From: Schmidtea polychroa
Taxonomy: Eukaryota
DNA length: 64,000 nucleotides
Direction: 5' to 3'
NCBI GenBank assembly: GCA_044892525.1
Contig: CM097885.1
Coordinates: 47,183,727 to 47,247,726 of the forward strand
The position numbers and the translations under genes are program-made. How positions within the stretch are numbered: the stretch's first letter is position 1; the number at the start of each line of letters is the position of its first letter. Below, piece after piece: positions 10,489-25,062 of the stretch. The notes under the pieces are model-generated. The model made no database searches, was not told where the DNA came from, and saw only the letters and a list, made by a program, of their open reading frames with translations.

Positions 10489-12038
10489 TATTTATACTAC
10501 TTTTATGCATATCTAAAACCCATATGCATATCTAAAAAAAATTTCCTCTAATTTTGTACCTCGTCTTATCTGACGGTCGTCTTATACGCCGAAATATACG
10601 GTAATATTAAATAATAAGGAAAAACACCTGTAATATATATTAAAAACTATATAATATTATTCCGTGCCTACAGGCTGGAAATAAAATAATTTATTTATTA
10701 AATTTTAAAATAGTATAAATACCCAAGGGAAAATCAGTTCAATCGCCCAAAGATTTTGCATTTAACATATATTCAAAGATAAATACGGCGAATAACTTAA
10801 AACCAAGAGCAGACAGAAACGCTCTACATCTTTAAAAGAAATTGCAGTAAATAACACATAGCACGCACAATATAACAATTCAACAAAAACATTTAAATAC
10901 AGGCATTGAATTATCTAAATAAATGAATCGGTCAACCAAACAAGTACCTGAAGCATCTGTATATTTTTTATTGGTAAATTTTATTATTAAATAAAATTTT
11001 AAAATTAGACTTATCTTTATTTATCTATATAAGAACCAGTAAAGATGAGCTACTCAAATATTGAGACCTCAACACAACGATTAGAGATGAAATCACGGTT
11101 CATGGCGCGTTTAATAGTAATCGTATACAAGCGTGAATGGTAATTATATTTTTTAATGGTAGTCATCCGGTTTTAGGTAGTTTGGAAATTACTATAAACC
11201 GATTATTAATTATAAACGTTATTATAATCATATACAAATTATTTTCCAGAAAAATATATTTATTAATAAAGAAAAATTTATAATTAGTAGATATATAATA
11301 CATTTAATAGTCTAGAAAAATACTCTAAAAAAATTGAAAGTAAATCATCAACATTACTTGGAACTTTTTCCGGGCATTGTTTTACCGCTCTAACTTCATT
11401 TTTATAAATTACCTATATGCGCGTATATTTTAATTTACCGTATATTGTAATTTGCTATATTTCCACGCCTAAATGATCGATCACACTGCCGTTAAATATA
11501 TAATTTAAGTCATGCACTTATTTCCATATTTGCCCCAGTTGTGATGGTTCAAAAGGTGTTACCATCAATATTCTATTCGAAATGGAAATCGGTCTAATTA
11601 TTTAAATTTTTTATTAACAATTATCCAGTGGATCTGGTATGCTTTTGGATTTATTTTCAGGTCTAAGGGAAACAACTACTACCTGCTGAAATGTCCAAAG
11701 TGGATCTTCTGCAACCCCTTTTGGTGTTGGTATTGATTTGGAAGTTATTGTGTATGGCGGCTATCTAGATGTTTATGTCGAAATGTGTTGAAGAAATTTT
11801 TGGAACTTTTCATCTCAAAAGCTGGCTACCGGAATGTTTTTCTTACCGAATCGTCAGAAGAATACATTAATACATAATTCTTTTTAGTATTCGGGACATT
11901 ATTCCTGACTATGATACAGTTTTTTTTAGCCTTATGAATATTCTTTGCATATATTATATTACTCTATAAATTATATAAATTATTTTTACCAAGTTCACTA
12001 TATATTTATATGTATAATTTAAATTATCATTACACATA

Positions 12039-13078
12039 TTAAGTAGAGGAAAATTCTTACAAAGATTTAGAGATTTGCTTTCTGAGATTAAGTTGTTCCT
12101 TGCCGCAAGAGGTGATGAGTTCAAGCAATTGGAAGATGATGTTTGGCTCTTGGATTTGGCATTTTTAGTAGATATTACTGCAATTCTGAATGAATTAAAT
12201 CTCGACTTACAAGGTAAGGATAAATTGATATTCGATATGATAAGTTCAATCAATGCATTTATACAAAAGCTTCATTTACTTATTACCAAAATAGAAGACA
12301 AAAATTTAAGTTATTTTCCAAATATGTTGTCACAATTAAAAGAATCTGAAAATGTCAACTTTAATATTACGAGATATGCGAACAGATCAAAATTTTGGTT
12401 TTAGAGTTCGAGAGACGTTTTCAAGACTTCAAGAAACTTGAAATTGTGGCTGCATTTATGTCCTTTCCGTTTAATCCAAAAATAAAACCAGAAATTGTTG
12501 CAGATTCAATTTCAACTTTGTTTAAAATGGATATCCCTATACTTGAAATGGAAATAATCACACTTCAAAATGATATCTTCATTAAATCAAGATCTTCCGA
12601 ACCAAATGTATGGAAATATCTATCAGAGGATAAATATTCAAACTTGAAAAAATGCTTCGAAAATTTAGTATCATTTTTTGGTTCAACTTATTTATGAGTC
12701 TGCATTTTCACATATGAAAATTATAAAGTCAAAGTACCGAGCAACATTAACAGATGACCATTTGGAATCCAGCCTAAGAAGTTGTCTTAGCACTTATATC
12801 CCAAACTACAAAAATCTAGTGGATTCAACCCAATGTGGAGCATCAACATCGAAAAGTTCTATATAAAAAGAATTTTCATTAAATTTGATTTCCTAAGTAA
12901 CATTTTTTTATAATAAATAGTTATATAGTTTAATTTTCCATATTTTGACATATATTTGTTTTATTGTGATGAATTTATTGCATTGTAGGTGAATATTATG
13001 TAAGTATTAAAAAAGTAGATCGCATACACATTTTGGATGTGAATGTAGCTCTCCTAGAAAAATTAGTGGGCACCCCTG
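12039..13078 (+). mobile_element. hAT transposon 3' half (GTF2IRD2/SPIN/Charlie-like transposase, frameshifted)
   Basis: LSRGKFLQRF...DLAFLVDITAILNELNLDLQG and dimerisation motif FGSTYL/ESAFSHMKIIKSKYRATLTDDHL across three frames; terminal inverted repeat-like ...tagtgggcacccctg ending at 13078. Confidence 0.88.
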
Positions 13079-13480
13079 CAGTATACTGTTAAAATTAACA
13101 CTGATTGGGTCGTCATACAACTAGGTGGAGGTGATTTATGAAAATATAAATTTTGAATTTTTGTTCAATATCTAGATATACTTTGTATTATAAGAATATT
13201 TTTTCCAATTTCACCACTGATTATTTTTTTTCATTGAATTTATTAAAAAGAGAGCTTGAAGACTATAAATAAGTAATATATCGATGTTTGTTGATACTCA
13301 CGAATGACGATTAATACATCAAACTCCAAATCTTTGAATCTTATAAACCTCAGATAGAAGAACTCTTTAGGGCTTACTTTATTTCATAAATTCTTGAATC
13401 ATTGATACCTTCAGTGTTTTTACGGAAAACATTATCTGGCGTAGAAACCATGGTTTCTGGTTTCAATAATAAGGCACTCA

Positions 13481-14830
13481 TTAACCTTCATCCGTCCCTT
13501 AAATCGACTGTACACTAAAGTCCCCCGAGTCTTTTTCAACCCAGGAGAAATTGTTGACTTAAAAGAAACAAAATGCAAATAATTAAATTAGTTTTATTAG
13601 TAACGGTAATGTTGACTGTTTAGGAATAATAAAGAGCGATTTATCTGTTAATTATTTATTTATTACATTTATTACATACGTTATAGGAATGTGCCTTAAA
13701 AATAAATCTTTTACAATATTTACATTCTAATGCATGTTTATTGTCCGATTTTGGACAAATGTGACATCTACCTATTTTTTGACCACGTATCCTTGCTATT
13801 GGTACTTCTAAAAAAGATGTAGTTGTGCATTTTTGTTCTAACATAAATTGTTGGCAATTAGCCGCTCGTGGCAAATGGGTTCGTCTTGTCATTTGTTCTT
13901 TTATCAATAATTCGCCTTCGATAATTTTTTTTATATTCCAATCTGGACAAACAGCTGTAAATAAAATAAATGCATTTGATATAGATATATCTAATATATT
14001 TGCAAAAACAGTAATTTGCCATTTATTTGTTTTTCTTCTAGTACTAAAATTGGCTATCATTTTGTCTAAGGTATCCTTTCGTTGCATTATAATATAATAT
14101 TAGGTTTATTTTCAGAACCACCTGACAATTCTTTTGTTTTGTGAAGAGTACTCTGAAGGACAACACATTTATTCTTTTAGGAATTTATGACACTAAGGTT
14201 GTATCCTTTGTAAATGCAAATTTTGAACTAAAAATTGCCTTGCCTTTTACTTCGAGCAATACGGGTGGAATTAACGTTTTATTTTTTCGAATAGTGCCAT
14301 TCATAGTATTTTTTTTGGAAAGTAATATTTGACCTAGTTCATAAGAAGTGAAAAAGTTATCAACTGTTACATTCCTCCCTTCAAGTTGTTGGCACAAATC
14401 TAAAATCACTCGCCTTTCTTGATTCCTTTCAGGTGCTTCACCAGCTACTTTTCCAGTGTATATATCTATATTCCATACATAACTATTTTTGCTATCACAC
14501 AGCACCCAAAATTTAATCCCATATTTAGCCGGCTTCTTTGCCATGTATTGTCGAAATGGACATTTTCCGCGGCTAGGAACCAATTGCTCATCGATTGTTA
14601 TAATTTCACTCCAATCCTCTTTATAAATGCGATTTCCTTGCAAATTGGTATTTTGAATAATAATAGTTTTTATAGAATTTGTAAACAATAATTGAAATGA
14701 AGAGAGTTCTGTTGATATGCGAGAAATAGGATATCTTGTGATTCCACGGGTAGTTCTAATCACGTTTGATGATGATTGACGGCCATGTTGAATAAAGGGC
14801 TCTGATTGCCATTCAATACTTTTATCCTTA
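13481..14830 (-). mobile_element. piggyBac (PGBD4-like) transposase remnant
   Basis: TIDEQLVPSRGKCPFRQYMAKKPAKYGIKFW, VTVDNFFTSY, DTLDKM and the C-terminal Cys-rich GRCHICPK...CKYCKR...CNKC; possible TTAA-CC end at 13481; cut at 14831 by another repeat. Confidence 0.88.
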
Positions 14831-15410
14831 TGTTGGGCTAGAACTGATTTCTAAACCCAAAGTTAGGAATGGGACGAGATGTGTCAGTACAAAACACGCT
14901 ACACCCAGCATTAAGTTTACTTACATAAAAATATATAAAACACCAAGTAAACAATGATAATAGAGAGGTAATATACCCAAAAATAAAACATCTGAATTAG
15001 AAATAAAATAAAACACTAGCAAGAAGTAATACACAAAAACTTACTGAAACATAACCGAAAGACATAAAACAACGAAAACAAATTCGAATAAAGGCGATTA
15101 ATAAAAATTAAAAAAGAAATTAAATAAAATCTCCATAAAATCTTACGTAAAGAAAATTATATCAAAATTTTGAATAAAAATCCAGAACAATTCATAAAAA
15201 TGGCGAAATCCATCATGACCGCTAAACGACCCAATAAAATTTATAAAAAAAATATTTTAGTTTAAAATATAAAAATTTTAGAAAAGAAATCATAAAAAAC
15301 AATTTAAAAATAAGAAATAGATTAAATTTAGCATGGAATGTTCTGGAAATGCCGAAATCCAACATGGAGGCAAATTTAATAAAAAATAATTCAAAAATAA
15401 AATTTCAAAA
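14831..15410 (-). repeat. LTR-like repeat fragment, family shared with 46242-46860 and 49110-50530
   Basis: Starts TGTTGGGCT (reverse complement of an AGCCCAACA LTR end) and shares aaaatggcgaaatccatcatg and catgg(a/c)ggcaaatttaat blocks with the other copies. Confidence 0.55.
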
Positions 15411-15411
15411 T

Positions 15412-15800
15412 AGTAGGTAGTTAGAAGCTACCGGCAGCAATGACCCCCGGGGGGGGGTTCTGCTGCCGTAGACATTTTCTGCTTTTTTTATTACGCAATT
15501 GCTGCAACTTACATTTTTTGCTTTCAGGGATTTTTAGTACAAAATTTTTTTTATCAGACTGTAGTGAGGGGGTCTCGATTGATCCAGGGATTTTCAATAC
15601 AAATTTGAATTATCACTAAAAACCATGGATTATTCTAGGTCAATTCAGGTGGGTCACCTTGGTTCTGAGAATTTCAATAGAAAAAGGTGGTCTACACTAA
15701 AAAACGTGGTAAATTTTTAAAATAAAGCAAATTATGGGTCTAAAAATTGAATTACAGTAAATTATGGGCTAAGATTTTTGAATTACAGTAAAGATCTGTT
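15412..15800. mobile_element. Single Maverick/Polinton-like terminal inverted repeat
   Basis: Begins agtaggtagttagaagctaccggcagca, matching the termini of the 40247-41852 element; inner boundary approximate. Confidence 0.55.
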
Positions 15801-16587
15801 TCATTACTGTTGCTTAGACTTTTGGTTTTCGACGCAGACTCTCTCATACTAGAGTGAACATGATTAAGAAACTTAACATACTTTACAATGGAAAAATTAC
15901 AATAAATTAATTGCTAGTATAAAAATTTATTGCCCCATGCAAAAAAAACTATAATTTTATAACAACAAAGTCAATGTCAACTGATGTATTTCTATTCAAT
16001 ATTATTTTGGATCCTAATAAATCCAATTAGTTATTTTACTGGAAAGTTAAAATAACAAAAATACTCTCACTACAGAGTTGAGATATCCCAAAAGTTTCAT
16101 CTGTGAGCATTTACATTTAAACAACACGAGAAAATCCATTACATAATATCACATGAAAATCATTCGATCTAAGCACAGAAGAAAGACTGGACGACATAAT
16201 TTGATAGCAATATATATATATATACTAATAATAACAACGATCCTAGACATTCCTATTTTGACATTTTGATCCTTTAAGAGCACTTAACATTCAAATTATT
16301 GAGACATCTAAATAAACAAATTCAAACGAAAATTTCACATAATTCTTTATAAAAATGCATTCTCGTTGCCAAAAACCAATCATAACAGCCACTCAATTTA
16401 ATACTGATATTTTTTTCATATTCATAGATTTCAAACAAAAAACATATTATCTATTGGAAATTGGTCCATCGCTAAATCAATAGATGTATATAAATAAAAC
16501 GTGGAAAAAATAATCAATTTTCAATTTAAAGGAGATAAGAAAATTCTGGAAATAATCTTTCGAGTATTATTTATACAGAAAAACAAA

Positions 16588-17075
16588 TCATTTTGAGATG
16601 TTATTGTTATTGTTATCTGGAGGCCTGGGAAGTTTTCGACGTAACCATTCGTGTCTAAGTGCTTCTTTTGGAGTGAATCGATCGTCTGGCACCCACTCCA
16701 GACATTTTATGAGGAAATTTATGAAATTTGTAAAATCCTTCAACTGATTTTCTGAATCATTATTCGTATCAGAGTTCAAATCTGGATTCATGGCATTGAC
16801 AATGCTAGCGAGACTTTTCGAACCAGGCGAACCCCGATATTTCCCTCTTTTAGATTTGCAACCTTTCAGATAAAAAACAACGCCGTTTATTGTTGTTTTC
16901 CCAGATTGATTTTCCGTTTCTGTTTCCAGTTGACAATATCTCGGATAGCCTTTGCTACAGAAAAATTCTTTGCTTCTTTTACATTGGTCGAGAAAACTCT
17001 GTGGTGGCATACCGAGCACTTCGATAATACACGCCAATTGGTCCATTTCGTCTTCGCCGGGAAAAAGCGGATATC
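16588..17075 (-). CDS. DYRK2: Class II DYRK kinase, last coding exon
   Basis: Acceptor tttag| then (G)YPLFPGEDEMDQLACIIEVLG...CLEWVPDDRFTPKEALRHEWL, stop TGA at 16590-16588; phase matches the donor at 33999. Confidence 0.93.
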
Positions 17076-17151
17076 CTAAAATTCCCCGTAATTTAACAAT
17101 TGTTAAAAAGAAAATAATGATTCACATTTGCGTCAGAACAAATAAAAAAAA

Positions 17152-17182
<31 letters not shown>

Positions 17183-17193
17183 GAAGTTACTCT

Positions 17194-17490
17194 GTGATCC
17201 GAAAGAAAGGGGATCGGACAAGGATATTTCCAGAAGTCGAATTCCCATTAAATACTACCAAAAATGAAAATAGATCCATAGAAAAGCAGAAAAAAGAAAT
17301 GGATGAGCTGACAATAAGAAATTTCAATGTTGGAAAAGACGTATTAATAAAAGTAGAAACACTCAACAAAGGTGAGGACAGATACGGGGGACTATACAAA
17401 GTGATCGATGAAAGTCCACGGGGGAACGAAAACGGTAATAAAAATCGAAAATATGGAAAAACTTTAAAAGGATAAAGAGGAAAGATGATG
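17194..17490 (+). mobile_element. Ty3/Gypsy integrase C-terminal (GPY/F-like) remnant plus purine tract
   Basis: RNFNVGKDVLIK...DRYGGLYKVIDE resembles FxVGDxVL...YxGPYKV; followed by aaagaggaaagatg. Confidence 0.45.
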
Positions 17491-17602
17491 AAATTTATAA
17501 ATTTTTATTTACAAAATTATTTAAAATTGAAAATTTGTTTAAAAAAGAAAATTATAATATTATTATTGAATAAATAGTTAAACATACATGGCAATGATTT
17601 AA

Positions 17603-18285
17603 TTATAAGATAACGCCAATCAAACATTCTTTTCACGATATATTTCGAAAGTTTTCCTGTCATCATCAGGTGGGATATAATAACTATGTAAATTAAGGAT
17701 TTTAAACAAATTTATTAATTATATAAAAACTTTTTTATTTAATAAAAACATTTAATTATTTGTTAAAAATTATAATTAAATTAATATATTATTTTTAAAA
17801 ATGTTAAACATTCAAAATTTAATTTAATAATTTAAAAAATTTTATTAATTATTTAATTTAACACAACAATCACTACATACAATATACAAGAAAAAAATTA
17901 TTTAAAAACATTTAAAATACAAGTATTAACTGCATTCTGCACATTAATTTTTGGATTCAATGACCTTTATCAACAACGCCTCACAAATCACACGTTCCCA
18001 ATAATTATCCCAATAATTACTCTTACAGCCCTTATTGTGCTCACTAATATGAGTCAAAGCCTTCGGTCTACAATGTTCTCGAGCTCGAATACAGGGATGA
18101 CGGGAAGTCTCTCCAATGTATGTGGCATTACACCCATTACATGTAAACTGATAAACGAGATCGGAACACAATCCGACCGGAGTTTTTGACTTATTAATAA
18201 ACATATTGAGTACTTTCCATGAAGTTGACACTATCCTATAGTTAAAATTTACTAACTACTTTCTTATCTTCCCCTTATAATCCTT
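17603..18285 (-). mobile_element. Penelope-like element 3' fragment (GIY-YIG endonuclease)
   Basis: LVYQFTCNGCNATYIGETSRH...RAREH; closely similar to the 43075-43790 part of the second copy. Confidence 0.88.
17634..17672 (-). ncRNA. Minimal type I hammerhead ribozyme motif
   Basis: Minus strand: cac CUGAUGA u gacag gaaaa cuuuc GAAA uaua UC gug; one mismatch in stem II. Confidence 0.7.
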
Positions 18286-21200
18286 TTATAATTCACTTTT
18301 ATCTTATCTTATATTATCATTATTGATTTTTAAATAAAATTTATGGATTCTTTTAGTGTTTTTCAATTAAATTGTTAGGATCCGATAAGTGATAATCCTA
18401 ACAAACAAATTGACTACCATGACAATAGGATTGTATGAAGGTCATACGCGAGTGGAATAATCAAAATACGGTAGATATCGTCAACTTAAACTTAAAATTT
18501 TAAGGACTCAATATGTTAGTAATAAATATATAAAATACAAAGTGGCATAAATTGGGAAAAAATATTATTGATTTTTCTTTCTGTTTTAATATTTATTTGC
18601 ATATTTCTTTACCAAATAGAGTTTGTAATATGTTCATATTCAATATACTTGTCAACTTTTCTGTTTCTTATTTATTCAATGTATATAAAAATTGTAAATG
18701 TCAAAGTGATTTTGTTGATAAATAAAATATAATAAGTTAAATTATGCATCAAAAAATATTTAATATTTTTATACAATTGTTAGTTTATTTGTTAATTTAA
18801 AAAAAGGTGCAATTGATAAATAATTTTCTTGACAAATAACACAAATTACTTTATTTTCTTCCAAATTATTATTGATTTTGTACCCTTCCTGTATGTTATC
18901 ATTTTGTAATTCCTTATTTTTGTTCAATAAACTTAAAAATATATATATTTAATTTACACACTGATAAGTTTTTATATAGTTAATTTTTAGTTTCAGGAGA
19001 GAGTAGAGATATGCCAAGTAAAGTTCTACAAACTGGCGCCGGGCACAACTGGCGAAACCCCGCCGATGAATAAAATATATAGGATATATATTAATTAGCT
19101 TGGTAAATATTAAACTGCGTTAACTTAATTGACTAATAATAAAATTATATAGTAAGTTTTTTTAAATTAATGATTATTAAAACAAAGTTCAAAATTATTT
19201 CAAAAATTAAATGTAAAACTTAAATAAATTTTAAGAAGTATTCAACTATATTTGAAATTGATCTCTAATTATTTTGAAGTAACTATTGCTCAATTAAAAT
19301 ACATTACTGAATACATCCATCTTAATATAATGTTTATTTAGGACTCAAAAATCAGCTTTAGCACGTAGTGAATCTAACGAAATGTAACTAAATGAATTAT
19401 ATAATTTGTCAGTAAAATTTTATATTCTTCATTATTAAAACATTTCAAAAAAAATATTAAACAATTAAATGATAATTTAAGCATTTTGCTGCGAAGTATA
19501 TATTTAATCAATGAAAGAATTTTCAACTATAAAATAGCCCTTTTATAATTATAATTAATTAACCTTTATAATCAATGTTTGCATATTTTATTGATTATCC
19601 ATTGGTCCTCAGATTATATCATAGTTTATTATTTATATACATAGTATACTTTTCATTAATAAATATTTTACCTACACACATAAATAAAATTTAAATTGAT
19701 TTAATTCATTTTTTAATATCAACAATATCCTTATTTTAGAATGTAATTGTGATATTTTTAAAATAGTTAAGCTATATTGTTATTGTATTTATGCAATAAT
19801 TTTCATATTAATATTTGTAAGATTATAGATTATAGATCAAAACAATATATAAAGTACGATATTTTCACACAACCTTTATCGAGTGTGCCAAAATATCGTG
19901 TACCTTATATTGTTTAGTCTTACAAATATTAAAATGAAAATTATTGAATTAAAAAAAGATCAAAGGTGAAACAAAAAGATAAAAAAAATTATGATTTAAT
20001 TTAATTTAAAATGTTAATGAAATCAAACTAATATCGATGCGCAAACTTTTACGGACTGTCTTTAAATAAAAAAATTATTCGACCCCACCTAACAAAATTT
20101 ATTTAAAAAAAAACATTTCAAGTAGAATTTTTAACAAATGTAGTTATAAAAAATTTAAATACTTTTTATTAGATATTTCAAAATGATAAAACCAATCTTT
20201 TCGCGACCCCTACTTTGAGCACCGCTGGCTTACATAATTAGGAAACTAAAAAAGATTTTAGTCAATGTTTATTCGTTAAATATTTTAATTAAACAATGCT
20301 GATCATTAGCACATTTACGTACTATTTGACATTTATAATTACTAAATTTGTTTACGGATTAGTTGATAATTCATACGGTGAAAAACATCAGATTTACAAT
20401 AATTTTAAGAATAAATCCAAAACATTATGAATAAGCAAACTGATCCAGAGTGACTTTAGTAAATACACGTTTACAGCGGATCACGCACCTAACTCACTAA
20501 TTCTATTCGCTTATAAACATTTTGGAGAATATTTTGATTGAAACGAAAATAAAATGTCTTATAATAAATTTTGCTCCAAGATATCCATTAGGAATGCATT
20601 ATCTTTCATATACAAAAATTTACATTTATTTAAATATAGACATGGCATCTTATTCGGGAAAATCGTCATTACTCTCAAAATCCTGATTTTCGGCCTGAAT
20701 TTGTTAAAAGCATCTTAAAAAAGCATTATAGGGCTTATTTTCTAGTTAAATGCTATTTTCGGAAAAATATGTTACAAATAGACTTTTTATTAACTTTACA
20801 GACTTCACGCTCATTATAATAGTTAGATTGATCAATCAGAGTTCCACATCAAACGTGTAAATTATCAATTCCTTGAAGTAACAATTACAATACAGACAAC
20901 TAACAGATATCTAGATATTTACATTTACAATTTTATGTCCATATAATTTTACCTTTTTAATATATTCTTTTGGTGATTGATCATTCATTTGGCATTAATC
21001 AATCACTGATTATAAAATCTAGAGACGATTGAATTTATAGAACGATGTTGGACGTAAAAGTTTATAGTACATGTTTATGTGTGTGTGGCATTGAACAAAT
21101 ATATTAAATAATTACTTTAATTTTAAACCAAACAGTATACCTATTTATACCTTAGACAACATACCAATGAAGTAAATCCTTAAATTCCATACCTTATCAA

Positions 21201-24200
21201 ATGATATTAAATATCTAATATAATAAACATATAAAGCAACCACCACAATCAACACGCTGGACAAACATGATTTTATAACAATATTTTATTATTTAAAAAC
21301 ATAAATAAACTGTACTGCAAATAAAAGTTAATAATTTAAAAACTATCAGTTTTAGATGATTTAAAAACCAAATATAATATCATTGAATTTCAAATGTGCA
21401 ATTTACGCTATTTCGAATGGAAATAAATTATCTGATGTGATTAACAAATGAAAAATTAATAATTATAAACTATCATTTTGTTAAATGTAATATATATATA
21501 TATATATATATTATTCCAAGATAATAGACAATATATTGTTATTTTAGTCGATGAAAAATTTCAACTTCATTCCAAAGAACAAATGCAATTAGTATTATTT
21601 TAAAAATTAAAACAGTATTATTTCAGGAAATAGATTGAATTTAAATGATCTTTACAAAAAATTTATTGTATTACTGATAATAGTGCTGTTGAGATACCTT
21701 GACTGATATTTCGATGGAGACAAATATTAAACGAAAACTTGTTAAACAATTAAATCTTTTCAATTAGTATTGTAAATTTATTATATAAAAATTAATTTGG
21801 TGCCAATAACTATTTTGAAATTAATTCATATTTATTTGAAAAAATTAAATACAAAAATAAAAAGTTGCGGAATACTAATCGCAAACTGAATTGTTGCTTA
21901 GCAATGCCAGAGATATCAGATTGATTATTGAATAAATTTTGATTTCGAAACAATATTTTTTTGGACTTTTTAGAATAAACAAATAAAATTTTTAGGAATT
22001 CAGATTCTAAAATAATGATGAATAATAACACAAATGTAATCAATCAACATACAGTTGCCTGATAAACATGTAGAATTTTGGCAACGTCAAATATAATTTC
22101 ATTTTGGCATAATTTAATAATCTGTTACCAAGTTCATTTAAGAATTATAATAATTAATAAAAAGCAAAATGAATGACTTGTGATATAAAAAAATAATTTG
22201 TGAATATTTATAAGAATTATAACTACTAAGTTTTCAGTATATTTTAGAAAAACAGATTCAATATATTAGAATTAAATTAAAAATATCAGAAGCTAAAATG
22301 TCAGGAATTTAATCCAATTGCAAAAATTTATCGACAATTTTAATTTTTTTTGCCGATAATAATAAACATCATACTTCACTTTCTATGATATTTTTATGAC
22401 TAAATTTTATTTATTTTTAATATATAAATAAGAATATATACAATTATTGTCGATAAAGTCGGATTAAAATGTAATTTTGTGATGAGACTTGATTTTTCAA
22501 TAACTTTACAACAAATAAATAAATGAAAATAATTAAAAAAACAAAATGTTAAACCATCAATATGATAGGAAAATAAACAAATAATTTATTATTATCACGA
22601 AAATTAAAAATGTAATACCAGTTGCACAATCAACGGATTTCTCAGGAAATAAAAGTAAATTCAGATTTACAACAATTATAAAATATATTTGACATTTAAG
22701 AGAGTTAACCATGCTTTTCTAACAATTAAGTCACAAGTGAATGGTACCAAATACAATGTAAATTTCAGAAATGTACATAGCAATTAGTAAATATGAAATA
22801 AATTGCTAGTAACTTAGTAAGCAAAAAATAATTATACAATTAACGAAACCAAAAAACAATGTGAATACAATTATAAAGTTAATGAAGAGGCTTAATCAGA
22901 AAGTATTACTAACGTTACTAAGCTTGTAAAAATTACGGTTTATCTACATATTAGATGCATTCAAATTTTAAACAAAAATATATTTAATAATAAATAATAA
23001 CATTTTATTGCATTATTAAATCGAATGATAAATTTTACAAATAAACCTTTCATTTGTGAAGTGTCACGGGCCTCATACGAGGTTTCTCTTAAATGCTGTC
23101 CAAAAGGTCCTACCGGCTTCATACGAGCTACCGCTATTTCACTCTCAAAACATCATGCCCCATTATGGATCTTTTTATTTTTCCTATTACTTTTAAGTTT
23201 TCAAAGCAACACATGCCATTTTTGCCAGCATTTTAAGAAAAACTCATACGCGCCCGGTGACGATTAGTAGATTAATTTAATAATCTGTCACCAAGTTCAT
23301 TTAAGAATTATAATAATTAATAAAAAGCAAAATGAATGACTTGTGATATAAAAAAATAATTTGTGAATATTTATAAGAATTATAACTACCAAGTTTTCAG
23401 TATATTTTAGAAAAACAGATTCAATATATTAGAATTAAATTAAAAATATCAGAAGCTAAAATGTCAGGAATTTAATCCAATTGCAAAAATTGATCGACAA
23501 TTTTAATTTTTTTTGCCGATAATGATAAACTTAACTTTCTATGATATTTTTATGACTAAATTTTATTTATTTTTAAAATATAAAAAAGAATATATACAAT
23601 TATTGTCGATAAAGTCGGATTAAAATGTAATTTTATGATGAGACTTAATTTTTCAATAACTTTACAACAAAAAAATAAATGAAAATAATTAGAAAACAGA
23701 ACGTTAACCCATCAATATGATAATAAAATAAACAAAAAAATAATTATTATTATTATTACGAACATTATTAACGTAATAACCATTGCACAATCAATGGATT
23801 ATTTCTGATAGTGTAAATATCCCAATGTCTTTGGAATTTTAGAATGTATTTCAGAAAACTTAATGTTAATAACTAGTTTCCCATTTTTTGAAACAATTTC
23901 GATGAATCTTTTGTTCTTAATAGAAATTAATAAAAAAGTATTGATAAAAAGTTGTTTAACAATGAATACAGAGAAAATATAAAAACATTATTTTATAAAA
24001 TTCAAAAAATGATTAGAATAAAATAATTTTTAAAGTTATTTTGAATATTTTCAGAAACATAATTCTTTCAACTGACATTTGACAAGTTTAATATCATTAT
24101 TCATTTTACAAAAGCATCATTAATCAAAATGAGTCATATAATAATGATCAATTTCATCTTTTCACTGATTCACATAAGTGATCAGTGTAAAACACGATCA

Positions 24201-25062
24201 ATTCGAAACATGATAATTATTTATTCATCTGTAATATATATGATTTTAGACAATTTTTTATGATTGTGAGAAAGCTCATAGTTAATTCTAATTAGGACAA
24301 TTTAAAAAATTGAAATTAATTACAGTGAGCTGAAATCTAATGTATATAATTCTGAGATATTTTCTGGCAAAAGATACAACTTGAATTTGCCAATATCATA
24401 ATATTTCCTGTTTTATTACACAATATGTATAATTTCTGTTAATAATTTTAAATCAAAATACAAATAGTATGATAAATGATAAGGAACTAAGTAAAATAAT
24501 ACCGAAATTTTTACATATTTAAATAATTTTTAAAGTCAAAAACCAATTATATATAATTAATTTAAATTTTCATTCATGTATCACAAGTAAAAAAAAGTTA
24601 TAGTATATTAATATATAACAATATATCTAACAGATATTCCAGATAATTTGAAAATCAATAAATTTAAAATGATACTGTTTTCAATAAATGAAATCAAACC
24701 AAAAATGAAAATAAAAAATTTTAAATATTCAATATAAAAAGTGTAATACAAACGAAAACTTTAAATAAGGGGTTCCCAAAGTTTTACTTAGGGAGGTATA
24801 TTTTATATTCCAAAATATTTGGCGGGCAAAAATACAAAATTATTTTTAGAAAAGTAATAATAGATTGTAATATACATATAATCGTATATATTACAAAAAA
24901 ATAAAACTGCATTTTAATACATTTATAATATAATCACATTAACTATTAAATAAGACAAAATACCGAAAAAAAGAGAATACAAGCATGATAACTAAAATAA
25001 TTTGAAAAAAGAATAATAAAGAATAATAACAATCTGAATTAAATTTTTGTAATAAAGATATA

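Noticed and set aside
11560..11950. GC-richer, coding-looking tract
   Set aside because: No sustained open frame or recognisable motif in the frames I translated.
23025..23267. Duplicated 80-aa ORF as a real gene pair (with 26088-26330)
   Set aside because: Similarity is explained by the tandem duplication; the differences include several amino-acid changes and there is no recognisable domain.
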